The notes below the pieces were generated by a model. It did not search any database and was not told the origin of the DNA. It saw only the letters and a list, made by a program, of their open reading frames with translations. From the IMG/VR virus record IMGVR_UViG_3300021426_000080, positions 1 to 27,743 of that record: DNA of 27,743 nucleotides. The stretch is one strand, 5' to 3'. Positions 14,742-23,557 of this stretch are shown one piece after another (position 1 is the first letter of the stretch; each line of letters starts with the position of its first letter). The position numbers and the translations under genes are program-made. The stretch is from a virus. Lineage: Duplodnaviria; Heunggongvirae; Uroviricota; Caudoviricetes.

Positions 14742-15054
14742 AGACCTGCTCGGAACGGATGAAGTGTATTTTCAAGCCTCTCCAGACGCCGGAACAAACG
14801 GTGAAGGGGAGGCTTATCTCTTTACCGGAATTAACTATCCATGTTTCATCATGGAACGTACAACTGCATATCAGCCCAAGGCAAACGATAAGACATATCT
14901 GTTTCGTCCTGGGTATCAAGTAACATACATCAATCGTGATGAGCCGGATCCGGAAATGCTAGAGGCAGTGATGCAGCGTTTTGGTCATTGCCACTACGAA
15001 AGGCATTTTGTAGCGGATAATCTCCATCACGATGTTTTTATGATTTATTATTAA
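14704..15054 (+). CDS. Probable tail terminator/completion protein
   Basis: GGAGG RBS; VYFQ..YPC..YQVTYI.RDEPD..F..DNLHHDVF; directly upstream of the major tail gene. Confidence 0.7.
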   Translation: MERRSDLLIQELKDLLGTDEVYFQASPDAGTNGEGEAYLFTGINYPCFIMERTTAYQPKANDKTYLFRPGYQVTYINRDEPDPEMLEAVMQRFGHCHYERHFVADNLHHDVFMIYY

Positions 15055-15067
15055 GGAGGACAAACCC

Positions 15068-15763
15068 ATGTCTAAACTAGTATGGGACCAGGTCGGCGAA
15101 AAGCTTTACGAAACTGGTACTAAACAGGGCGTTCTTTATCCTCAGGCCGCAGACGGTACCTATCCGAACGGTGTTGCCTGGAACGGCCTGACTTCGGTTT
15201 CCGAATCTCCCGATGGCGGTGACGCCAATGATATTTACGCCGATGATATTAAATACCTTGTTCTGCGTGGCGTTGAGAACTTCGGCGGCACCATCGAAGC
15301 CTATACGTATCCCCCTGAGTTCGAGGAGTGCGACGGTTCTGCCCAGCTTCTTGCCGGTGTGAATATCGGTCAGCAGCCCCGCAAGACCTTCGGCTTCAGC
15401 TATGTTTCCACCATCGGCAATGACACCGAAATGGACGCGCACGGTTATAAGATTCACCTGATCTACGGTGCTTCCGCTTCTCCGTCCGAGCGTTCTTATG
15501 AGACGGTCAACGATAGTCCGGAACCGATTCAGTTCAGCTGGGAGTTCACGACCGTTCCTGTCAACGTGACCGGTCACAAGGCTACCGCTCTGCTTACGAT
15601 CGATTCGACTAAGTTCCCGCCCCAGCAGGATGGCAAAAAGAATGTTAAGCTTAAGGCAATTGAAGACGTTCTTTACGGAACTGACGGCGAAGGTTCCAGC
15701 GAGGGAACAGCACCAAGACTCCCGCTGCCGGACGAAGTGCTCGATATTCTCACCCGCACTTAA
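15068..15763 (+). CDS. Major tail protein
   Basis: KLVWDQVGEKLYETG..AWNGLT..YADDIKY..TIEAYTYP..FSWEFTT are typical siphovirus tail-tube motifs; biased codon usage. Confidence 0.92.
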   Translation: MSKLVWDQVGEKLYETGTKQGVLYPQAADGTYPNGVAWNGLTSVSESPDGGDANDIYADDIKYLVLRGVENFGGTIEAYTYPPEFEECDGSAQLLAGVNIGQQPRKTFGFSYVSTIGNDTEMDAHGYKIHLIYGASASPSERSYETVNDSPEPIQFSWEFTTVPVNVTGHKATALLTIDSTKFPPQQDGKKNVKLKAIEDVLYGTDGEGSSEGTAPRLPLPDEVLDILTRT

Positions 15764-15774
15764 TCATGAACTTT

Positions 15775-15809
15775 GGGAGGCTGTCTGAAATACGGCAGCC
15801 TCTCTTTTT
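15775..15809 (+). terminator. Intrinsic terminator after the major tail gene
   Basis: GGGAGGCTGTC / GGCAGCCTCTC stem followed by TTTTT. Confidence 0.85.
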
Positions 15810-15831
15810 ATATTTGAAAGGAGAACAGAAA

Positions 15832-16290
15832 ATGTACGCAAAGAAAGTAACCTATAAAGGATTTGACGGACATGATGTGGAAGAAGTTGTTCGTTTTAAT
15901 TTGACGAAGGCCGAGGTTCTTAATCTTGACCTTAAGTATGAAGATTACGGCGGTCTTATGGGCTATTACCGTAAAATGATTACGGATATTAAAGAGGGCG
16001 ACGCCAGTTGGAAGCCTTATGTTAGTTTCCTTCAGTCAGTTCTTCTTTCCGCGTATGGCCAGAAGACTGAAGACGGTCGCTTTATTAAAAAGAAAAATGG
16101 CGTTCCGCTTAGCGAAGAGTTTGAGACTTCGGAGGCGTACGCTGCGGTGCTGATGCCACTTCTTACGGAGGATGGGCTTTCCGAGCTCGAACCGATGATG
16201 CTTGGAATTTTCCCTGATATGGACGAGGCACAGTATGAGAAAGGAAAAGAACAGGTGAAGGCTGATATTGGCCTGTCGCTTGTTGAGTAA
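15832..16290 (+). CDS. Tail assembly chaperone
   Basis: ATG at 15832 after AAAGGAG (the track start at 15766 lies before the terminator); VTYKGFDG..RFNLTKAE..AYGQKTEDGRFIK..FETSEAY; between MTP and TMP. Confidence 0.75.
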   Translation: MYAKKVTYKGFDGHDVEEVVRFNLTKAEVLNLDLKYEDYGGLMGYYRKMITDIKEGDASWKPYVSFLQSVLLSAYGQKTEDGRFIKKKNGVPLSEEFETSEAYAAVLMPLLTEDGLSELEPMMLGIFPDMDEAQYEKGKEQVKADIGLSLVE

Positions 16291-16297
16291 ATAAACG

Positions 16298-16843
16298 ATG
16301 CCGATCCCCATTACTATTCCTGGACGAGAGTTATACGACGAAGCAAACGAACGGTTTATAGATATTCCGACGACGACCGTTGTTTTAGAGCACTCTTTAA
16401 TCAGTATTTCAAAATGGGAGGCAAAATGGCATAAGCCTTTTCTGTCCGATAAGCCAAAAACTAAAGAAGAATCTCTGGACTATTATCGTTTTATGGTAGT
16501 TGGACAGAAAGTTGATCCCTTAGTGTTTCTTTGTATGACAAAAAAGAACCATCGGGATATTGAAGATTACATAGCCGATCCGATGACGGCAACCACAATA
16601 AAAAAGACAAATTCAAAAAGTCGTCGGGAAATAATTACGAATGAAATTATTTATTATTGGATGGTAGAGCTAGGAATACCGTTTCAGCCGTGTGAGAAAT
16701 GGCATTTGAATCGTCTGCTTACATTGATTGAGGTTACCAGCATTAAAAAGCAGCCTCCTAAGAAAATGTCGCCATCCACTATAGCAAAGAGAAACCATGC
16801 TCTTAATGCCGCAAGAAGAAAACAGCATGGAACGAGAGGATAA
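16298..16843 (+). CDS. Second tail assembly chaperone-like protein
   Basis: LEHSLISISKWEAKWHKPFL..YIADPMTAT..EIIYYWM..EKWHLNRLLTLI; between chaperone 1 and the TMP. Confidence 0.7.
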   Translation: MPIPITIPGRELYDEANERFIDIPTTTVVLEHSLISISKWEAKWHKPFLSDKPKTKEESLDYYRFMVVGQKVDPLVFLCMTKKNHRDIEDYIADPMTATTIKKTNSKSRREIITNEIIYYWMVELGIPFQPCEKWHLNRLLTLIEVTSIKKQPPKKMSPSTIAKRNHALNAARRKQHGTRG

Positions 16844-16849
16844 GATACC

Positions 16850-17227
16850 ATGGTTACGGTCAAGGTTAGTGGCAGTTATCGAAAAACCAGATCCTTTTTA
16901 ACAAAAGCAAAGAATTTAAAATTAGATTCAATTCTAAGAAAGTACGGAGAACAAGGGGTCAAGGCTTTGATGAACGCGACTCCGAAAGATACCGGAAAAA
17001 CGGCAAATTCTTGGGTGTATGAGATCCGCCACGAATCGAACGGGCCGACTCTTATCTGGAAAAATACTAATATTGTTGACGGTGTATCAATCGCGGTTAT
17101 TTTGCAGTATGGGCATGGTACTGCAAATGGAGGATATGTGCAGGGAAGAGACTATATTAACCCTGCACTTCGTCCGATATTTGATCAGATTGCAAAATCC
17201 GCCTGGAAGGAGGTCACGGAATCATGA
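16850..17227 (+). CDS. HK97 gp10-like tail component
   Basis: ATPKDTGKTANSW and LQYGHGT..YVQGRDYINPAL match the gp10-like pattern. Confidence 0.75.
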   Translation: MVTVKVSGSYRKTRSFLTKAKNLKLDSILRKYGEQGVKALMNATPKDTGKTANSWVYEIRHESNGPTLIWKNTNIVDGVSIAVILQYGHGTANGGYVQGRDYINPALRPIFDQIAKSAWKEVTES

Positions 17228-20200
17228 CGAGCATAGAAGAACGAATTGTATCTCTTGGCTTTAATAACAAAAGCTTTGAGCAGCACGCGGCCCAGTCAAT
17301 GTCCACGCTTGATAAGCTTGATCATATGCTGAATTCTTTCGGCGGGTCAAAAGGTATGGATCTTCTTAATAATGCTCTTGAAGCTGTGACCAGTAAATTT
17401 TCTGTCATGGGCACTATCGGAGATCAGGTTTTGAGAAGAATTGCCGATACTGCCATGAACGCCGCGAATAGTCTTATCCAAATGGGCAAATCTATGTCCA
17501 TCGATCAGGTTACTGCCGGCTGGGGAAAGTATGAACAGAAAACGGCATCAGTCCAGACGATTATGAATGCCACTGGTGATTCAATCGAGAAGGTAAACGA
17601 ATACTTGTCCGATCTGATGTGGTATTCGGATGAAACCAGCTTTGGATTCACTGATATGACCTCTGCACTCGGTCAGATGACCTCTTCTGGCGGTAAGGTT
17701 GAAAACTTGATTCCGCTTCTGATGGGTGTTGGTAATGCCGTTGCTTATGCTGGTAAAGGTGCTTCTGAATTTAGCCGAGTTGTCTATAACTTGAACCAGT
17801 CATATGGTGCAGGAGCTTTACAGTTGATGGACTGGAAGTCGCTTGAACTTGCCGGTGTTGCTTCCAAAGAGCTGAAACAGGCGTTTATCGATGTGGCTAT
17901 TGCTCAGGGAAAGATTAAAGAAGGCGACGTTACAATTGCTAACTTCAGTCAGACTTTGTCAAAAAAGTGGGCCGATACGGCAGTTATCGAAGCGGCTTTT
18001 GGTAAATTTGCTGAAATGACCACGGAAGCAAAGCGTTTGATTGATTCCGGTGTTTATAGAAATGCAACTGAAGCTTATCAGGCACTTGCATCGAAATACG
18101 GAGAAGTTGCAGTTAAAGCGGCTCAGTCTGCTCAGGAAGCAAAATCTTTCGCCGAAGCTATAGCAGCTACGAAGGATGCCGTAAGTTCCGGGTGGCTTAC
18201 GACCTTTGAGCATATTTTCGGTAACTACGAAGAAGCAAAAAAGCTTTGGACCGATCTTACAGATGTTCTTTGGGAAATGTTTGCAGCTGGAGCCGAGATG
18301 CGAAACGAGGTCCTTGAAAGATGGCATAACGCAAAAGTCGGCGGCTATCAGACCTTGATCGAAGCACTGGAAAATGTTTTCGAGGTTATTACAAAGCTTA
18401 CAAATCTTACTCGTGGCGGCCTTTTGAAAGTTATATTTGGTTCGAAAGGTGACGACGTTCACGCATTAACGTTAATACTTATTAATGTGACCAGAGCGTT
18501 TAAGTTTTTCAGCGAAGATCTGCTCCAATTCACCAACAACATTGAGCGTTTTAATGTTTTTGGAAAGATTTTTACTGGACTGCACGCAACGTTCGTTGCA
18601 TTAAAAGTTCCTATTTCGCTAGTAGGGCAAGCAATACACGAGGTTTTAGATCCTTTATTTACTTATAATGGGAATGAACTAAAATGGCCTAGAGATCTAG
18701 CGATTATTATAAGTCAGCTAGCTACAAAGTTTAAAGATGCTGGAATAGCATTTAATAATTGGATTCGAAACGAAGACACGATTATATTTTTAAGTAGAAT
18801 TGCAAGAGGCCTGGCGAGTATCGTCGATCTCGCATCTACGGTTGGAATAAGTATTAAAGATCATCTCATTGAACTTGTGCCGTATTTAAAGGATCTTGCT
18901 TCCGGCTTTCTTGTTACTCTTGCTTCCATCGGGGAAAGAATTACATTGATCGTTAATCGGATCAAAGATTCCGGGGTAATTAATCGTATTCTTGACAGTA
19001 TGACATTAGCATTTAAAGCTCTCGATCATATTGTTTATGCCGCTTGGAGTGTAATTCATGGATTTGTTCTTGGGATAATTGACAGCTTTCCAAGTATGGG
19101 CGGATTCGTTAACAAAATACTCGATATTGTTGATGCATTTTCAAACTGGATTATCGAGGCAACAGAATCGGTCGATTGGTTTAATACGTTCCATGATATT
19201 GCGAGTGGTGCAACACCGATTTTAGGTACATTATTTAATGCCATTTCAAAGATTTTCGATTTTGTCTCCAAGCATAATCCTTTTGAGCTTTTGGCTTCCG
19301 GTATTCAAAAGGCATGGGGTGTTATTTCAAACACGGTCAGTAAGATTAAAGAGGCTTTTACAGAAGTATTTGATGGCGAAAACAAACTCGGCGGAAATAT
19401 TTTTTCAATAGCTGGAACAATAGGCCTTCTTGGCTTAGCGATCAAAAAATTCTTAACTGGAAAGTCAATAAAAGAATTTGCCGATAATCTGAATGGATTT
19501 TTTGATAACGGAATTCTTGGGATTCTTACGGGTAATAAATTTGGCGAGACATTCGGGAAAACCTTGGAAAGTGTACGTGGCGCGATTAACTCTTTCGCAA
19601 ATGGAACAAACGCAAAGGCTCTGAAAGATGTTGCCATTGGACTTGGTATTCTAACCGCGTCGTTACTCGTTCTTTCTCTCATGGATCTTAATAAGCTTGC
19701 GGCATCCATGCTCGTGCTTACGGTTGGTCTTGGCGAGATGATCGGAACATTGGCAATTTTACAAACGATTCCAAAGATCAATAAAGGCGTTACAACGGAT
19801 CTATTGAAAATCGCTGGAGCAATGCTTTTGTTCGCTCTGGCTGTTGGAACGGTTTCTGTTGCGATTCTTGTAATGGCGGCAGCACTTAAAGTTCTATCGT
19901 CGATTGATCCGACATCGCTGGTTATTTCTATTTTAGCCGTTATTACTACTTTGGCCGCTGTAACATTGGCTTTGACAGTGCTTAGTAAGTTTGCAAGTGG
20001 TCGAAAAATGCTTGCCGCCGGGGCTTCGATTCTTATGCTGTCGGTCGGAATACTGGTTCTTACGGCTGCTTTGGCGGCGTTGTCTTTTATTCCATACGAC
20101 AAACTTCAAAATGGAATTACTGCGCTGGCGTTCGCATTGATTATTGTCGGTGGTGCGCTTGCTTTGTTATCGCTTGTCGGGGCAAAGGTTCTACTTGCGG

Positions 20201-22827
20201 CCGGTTCGATTCTCATTGCTAGTGCGGCGATTCTTGCGCTTACAGCGGCTCTTACTGTTCTTGCTCTAATTCCAGGAGAAGCTCTTGCGAAAGGTCTTCT
20301 CATGATTGCTGGAGCTCTTGCCGTCATGGTGGCAGCTCTTTTAATCTTGTCCCTTGTTGGCCCGATGGCGCTTATGGCTGGAGGAGCTTTGCTGATGCTT
20401 GGCACAGCTTTAGCGATTGCTTCTGTCGGAATGCTTATCATAGCGGTCGCGCTTCGGGTTCTTAAGCCGTTGGCGAATTCAATGCCTAAAATTGCCGGTG
20501 GTTTGGCGCTTATCGGAGCTTCCATGTTGGCGCTTGGAGTAGGCGGTCTTGTCGCTGGCCTTGGTCTTGTTGGCTTTGCTGCGATGATTCCTTTGGCTTT
20601 CGCGCTTAGTTTGCTTAGAGGCCTTAAGCTTGCAAAAATAGCAGGAGGCTTAGCATTGCTTGGAGCCGCAATGATTCCTTTGGGGATTGGCGGTTTAGCG
20701 TTGCTTGTCGGAGCGCCTGGATTATTGCTCGGCGGTTTAGCTTTTATTGCATTTGGTCTTGGGCTTCAGTCATTATCCACCGGTCTTCATGCAATTGAAG
20801 GCATCAAAGCCGGAACGATGCTTGAGGTTGCCGCAGGAGTTGCTGCTCTTGGGCTGGCCGGTAGTGTGTTGCTTGTAGGGGCTCTTGGGCTTGGCCTTGG
20901 TGCTCCGGCATTGATTGAATTTGCTTCGGCGCTGCCTCCTTTGGCAGAAGGTCTCCATACATTTGAAACAATTAATTGGGATACGATCGGAAAAGCGTTC
21001 GTTATATTTGCAGAAAGTGTTGGAGCGCTGTTTGTGCTTCAGTTCGCTACCATACGAGATGGCGTTCCTACCTTGATCGAGCTTGCAAATGCAATGCCGA
21101 TCCTTGCCGATGGCTTCTCGTCATTTGCTAATGCTGAGGTGTGGCTTGGCTTGCCTGCTGCTGCGGATGCGCTTAAAACGGCAATTTCTTCGTTGTTTAA
21201 ATTGCAGTTTTCTACGATTCGTGATGGAACGCCGACTTTGATTGAATTGTCAAAAGCGTTACCGAGTCTTTCGGATGGCTTTAAGTCATTTGGCGGTTTA
21301 GACGCTGAGATGATTATAAGAGTTGGAGATGCGATGTCGACAGTGATTAAATCTCTGTTTAAGTTGCAGTTTTCATCACTTATCGACGGGACGAATTCTT
21401 TAATCAGTCTTGGAAATGCGTTGCCGATTCTTGCTGCTGGTTTCAGAGCTTTCGAAGGTCTTGATCCAGAGTGGATTCGGAGTACAGCAATTTCTCTTGC
21501 CGATGGCATTAAAGCATTGACTGGAGATTTTCTTAGCAATTTGTTCAAAGGAAGTCCGGATTTTGCAGGCCTTGCAAATGGGATTCTTCAAATTGCTATG
21601 GCGGTATCGTCAATTCCCGCTGATGCCGGAACACGTCTTACTGATATTGCCAACGGATTAACTGTTATCGCTGCGACGGTAGATCTTAATATGCAGCAGA
21701 TTACGCTTAGCTTTACAACTTTGCAGGCTAATGTTGAGACTATTTCTTCAGTCATCATAATGGTAATCACTACGATGTGCGATCAGATCGTAATCGTTAT
21801 GACTGTGATGACTTCAAATGTTGAAAGTATGGTTCAAAATACTTTGCAAAATGTAACGCTAAAAGTTATGACATCATTGGCTGGTATCTCCGTCACTGTT
21901 GTGACTTACATGTCTAGCATTCGGTTCTCAATTCAGAACGCGCTTAGCAGCATTGAACTTATATTCTCCGATTCGTTGTCTCGGCTCATAAATTCTCTTA
22001 ATGCGACAGCGAGTGAAGCATACAATGCCGGTGTGTCCATTGGTCAAAACTTAGCTGATGGCCTGTGGTCTCAGGTTGCGGCGGTTCAAGAAGCCGCGAA
22101 TGCTCTTGCTGCTGCAGCTGGAAGTAGTTCTGGATCGGTATTTTCAAGTAGTTCTGGATCAGTGTTCTCGGGCATAGAAAGACGCGGAGGATTTCAAAAA
22201 ACAAAACCTGGAGAATATACAATAACTGGCTTTAAAGATCTGTACAATTATACAACTATATCCGGCTTTAAAGATCTGTACAACTATACGAACGCTATAT
22301 TTAAAGGCTGCGGAAAAGAAGCCGGTAATTCGTTCTCGACTGGTGTAAGGGCTGCTCTTGGTATTCATTCTCCGTCAAAAGTCATGGAAAAGATCGGTAA
22401 ATTCACAATGCTCGGATTTGCAAATGGTCTTGGAGATGAAAGTTCTGGCGTTTCCAATGGGCTTCTTCGTACGATGGATCCAATTCTAGCGGCGATTACC
22501 TCGCTGATGAGCGAAGATTTGTCTCCGACGATTACTCCGGTTATGGATATGACAAACATAAATGATGCTGCCAGTGAATTTTCAAATCTGTTCGATTCTT
22601 CGGCTTCTTATGCTTTGTCCTCTATCGGAAATATTTCTGCAAACACCAGAGCTTCTCGAATTTCCGGCGAAACAAATCAAAATGGAATTGGCGGCGTTGG
22701 TGATACTATAACTAACACGATCAATGTCTATGCTCAGCCAGGACAGGATGTCAATGAACTTGCCAGGGTGATTGAGCAGAGGCTCGTAAGACTTAATAAA
22801 CAGCAAAGGTTGGGTGCTCTTGGATGA
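17224..22827 (+). CDS. Tape measure protein
   Basis: 1867 aa, helical; N-terminal tape-measure domain (DETSFGFTDMT..YNLNQSYG); long Ala/Leu/Gly hydrophobic repeat region; C-terminal LGIHSPSKV motif. Confidence 0.96.
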   Translation: MTSIEERIVSLGFNNKSFEQHAAQSMSTLDKLDHMLNSFGGSKGMDLLNNALEAVTSKFSVMGTIGDQVLRRIADTAMNAANSLIQMGKSMSIDQVTAGWGKYEQKTASVQTIMNATGDSIEKVNEYLSDLMWYSDETSFGFTDMTSALGQMTSSGGKVENLIPLLMGVGNAVAYAGKGASEFSRVVYNLNQSYGAGALQLMDWKSLELAGVASKELKQAFIDVAIAQGKIKEGDVTIANFSQTLSKKWADTAVIEAAFGKFAEMTTEAKRLIDSGVYRNATEAYQALASKYGEVAVKAAQSAQEAKSFAEAIAATKDAVSSGWLTTFEHIFGNYEEAKKLWTDLTDVLWEMFAAGAEMRNEVLERWHNAKVGGYQTLIEALENVFEVITKLTNLTRGGLLKVIFGSKGDDVHALTLILINVTRAFKFFSEDLLQFTNNIERFNVFGKIFTGLHATFVALKVPISLVGQAIHEVLDPLFTYNGNELKWPRDLAIIISQLATKFKDAGIAFNNWIRNEDTIIFLSRIARGLASIVDLASTVGISIKDHLIELVPYLKDLASGFLVTLASIGERITLIVNRIKDSGVINRILDSMTLAFKALDHIVYAAWSVIHGFVLGIIDSFPSMGGFVNKILDIVDAFSNWIIEATESVDWFNTFHDIASGATPILGTLFNAISKIFDFVSKHNPFELLASGIQKAWGVISNTVSKIKEAFTEVFDGENKLGGNIFSIAGTIGLLGLAIKKFLTGKSIKEFADNLNGFFDNGILGILTGNKFGETFGKTLESVRGAINSFANGTNAKALKDVAIGLGILTASLLVLSLMDLNKLAASMLVLTVGLGEMIGTLAILQTIPKINKGVTTDLLKIAGAMLLFALAVGTVSVAILVMAAALKVLSSIDPTSLVISILAVITTLAAVTLALTVLSKFASGRKMLAAGASILMLSVGILVLTAALAALSFIPYDKLQNGITALAFALIIVGGALALLSLVGAKVLLAAGSILIASAAILALTAALTVLALIPGEALAKGLLMIAGALAVMVAALLILSLVGPMALMAGGALLMLGTALAIASVGMLIIAVALRVLKPLANSMPKIAGGLALIGASMLALGVGGLVAGLGLVGFAAMIPLAFALSLLRGLKLAKIAGGLALLGAAMIPLGIGGLALLVGAPGLLLGGLAFIAFGLGLQSLSTGLHAIEGIKAGTMLEVAAGVAALGLAGSVLLVGALGLGLGAPALIEFASALPPLAEGLHTFETINWDTIGKAFVIFAESVGALFVLQFATIRDGVPTLIELANAMPILADGFSSFANAEVWLGLPAAADALKTAISSLFKLQFSTIRDGTPTLIELSKALPSLSDGFKSFGGLDAEMIIRVGDAMSTVIKSLFKLQFSSLIDGTNSLISLGNALPILAAGFRAFEGLDPEWIRSTAISLADGIKALTGDFLSNLFKGSPDFAGLANGILQIAMAVSSIPADAGTRLTDIANGLTVIAATVDLNMQQITLSFTTLQANVETISSVIIMVITTMCDQIVIVMTVMTSNVESMVQNTLQNVTLKVMTSLAGISVTVVTYMSSIRFSIQNALSSIELIFSDSLSRLINSLNATASEAYNAGVSIGQNLADGLWSQVAAVQEAANALAAAAGSSSGSVFSSSSGSVFSGIERRGGFQKTKPGEYTITGFKDLYNYTTISGFKDLYNYTNAIFKGCGKEAGNSFSTGVRAALGIHSPSKVMEKIGKFTMLGFANGLGDESSGVSNGLLRTMDPILAAITSLMSEDLSPTITPVMDMTNINDAASEFSNLFDSSASYALSSIGNISANTRASRISGETNQNGIGGVGDTITNTINVYAQPGQDVNELARVIEQRLVRLNKQQRLGALG
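21028..21560 (+). repeat. About 54-55 aa repeats inside the tape measure
   Basis: LF.LQF..(I/L).DG...LI.L..A.P.L..GF..F recurs at 21028, 21193 and 21355, with a degenerate copy at 21541. Confidence 0.8.
22123..22170 (+). repeat. 24-bp tandem duplication (SSSGSVFS x2)
   Basis: AGTAGTTCTGGATC at 22123 and 22147. Confidence 0.85.
22216..22290 (+). repeat. 36-bp tandem duplication (TI.GFKDLYNYT x2)
   Basis: GGCTTTAAAGATCTGTACAA at 22228 and 22264. Confidence 0.9.
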
Positions 22828-23540
22828 TTTACGGACGTAACTACTTTACCTTTGCGGGAAAAAACTGCAAAGACTTTAATGTCTATGTGAGTGGGCAGGG
22901 GACTTATAACGCTCCTGCCCGCGTTTATTCAACATACGAAATTCCGGGAAGAAACGGAGATTTGTATATTGACGAAAAACGATTTGAAAATATTGAATTG
23001 ACTTATCCGGCATTTATATTCGAAGACATGATAACGCATGTCGATGGATTAAGAAACTATTTGCTGTCGCAGAAGGGTTACCAGCGTTTGGAGGACACCT
23101 ACCATCCGGATGAGTATCGTATGGCAGTGTTTTCCGATGGCTTTGAATTCGATGTCGATCCAAGGCATGAAGTGTCTACTTTCGATATTACGTTCAGATG
23201 CAAGCCCCAACGATTTTTGAAGTCCGGAGAAAAAGTAATCACGTTAACCGCGAATGGACCGGTCTACAATCCTACCCTTCAGGAAGCAAAGCCTCTCATT
23301 CGCGTTTATGGAACTGGTGTTCTAGGCATTGGAAGCGAATCAATAACGATTTCGGCGGCAAATACCTATACAGATATTGATTGCGAAATGATGGACTGTT
23401 TTAAAGGTTCTGAAAATCGCAATTCATATGTGACATTTACAGACCATAATTTCCCGACGCTAAAGCCAGGAGATACGAATTTTGCGCTCAATTCGGGCAT
23501 TAGTAAGGTTGAGATTATTCCAAGATGGTGGAGACTTTAA
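22824..23540 (+). CDS. Distal tail protein (Dit)
   Basis: ATGA-coupled to the TMP; YEIPGRNGDLY, FRCKPQRF, YNPT..AKPLIRVYG and FPTLKPG..IIPRW. Confidence 0.88.
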   Translation: MIYGRNYFTFAGKNCKDFNVYVSGQGTYNAPARVYSTYEIPGRNGDLYIDEKRFENIELTYPAFIFEDMITHVDGLRNYLLSQKGYQRLEDTYHPDEYRMAVFSDGFEFDVDPRHEVSTFDITFRCKPQRFLKSGEKVITLTANGPVYNPTLQEAKPLIRVYGTGVLGIGSESITISAANTYTDIDCEMMDCFKGSENRNSYVTFTDHNFPTLKPGDTNFALNSGISKVEIIPRWWRL

Positions 23541-23557
23541 TAAGGAGTGAGAACTGA

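Noticed and set aside
15766-15831. Track start for the chaperone ORF
   Set aside because: This stretch is the terminator hairpin; the SD-supported start is 15832.
16250-16300. Programmed frameshift joining the two tail chaperones (lambda G/GT style)
   Set aside because: No clear slippery heptamer was seen. The second ORF is in the +1 frame and has an in-frame TAA at 16292-16294 just before its ATG, which blocks a fusion.
22123-22290. Repeats as a CRISPR array or DGR template/variable repeat
   Set aside because: Only two adjacent copies each, in frame within a gene, with no spacers; no reverse transcriptase or adenine-specific mismatch pattern in the window.
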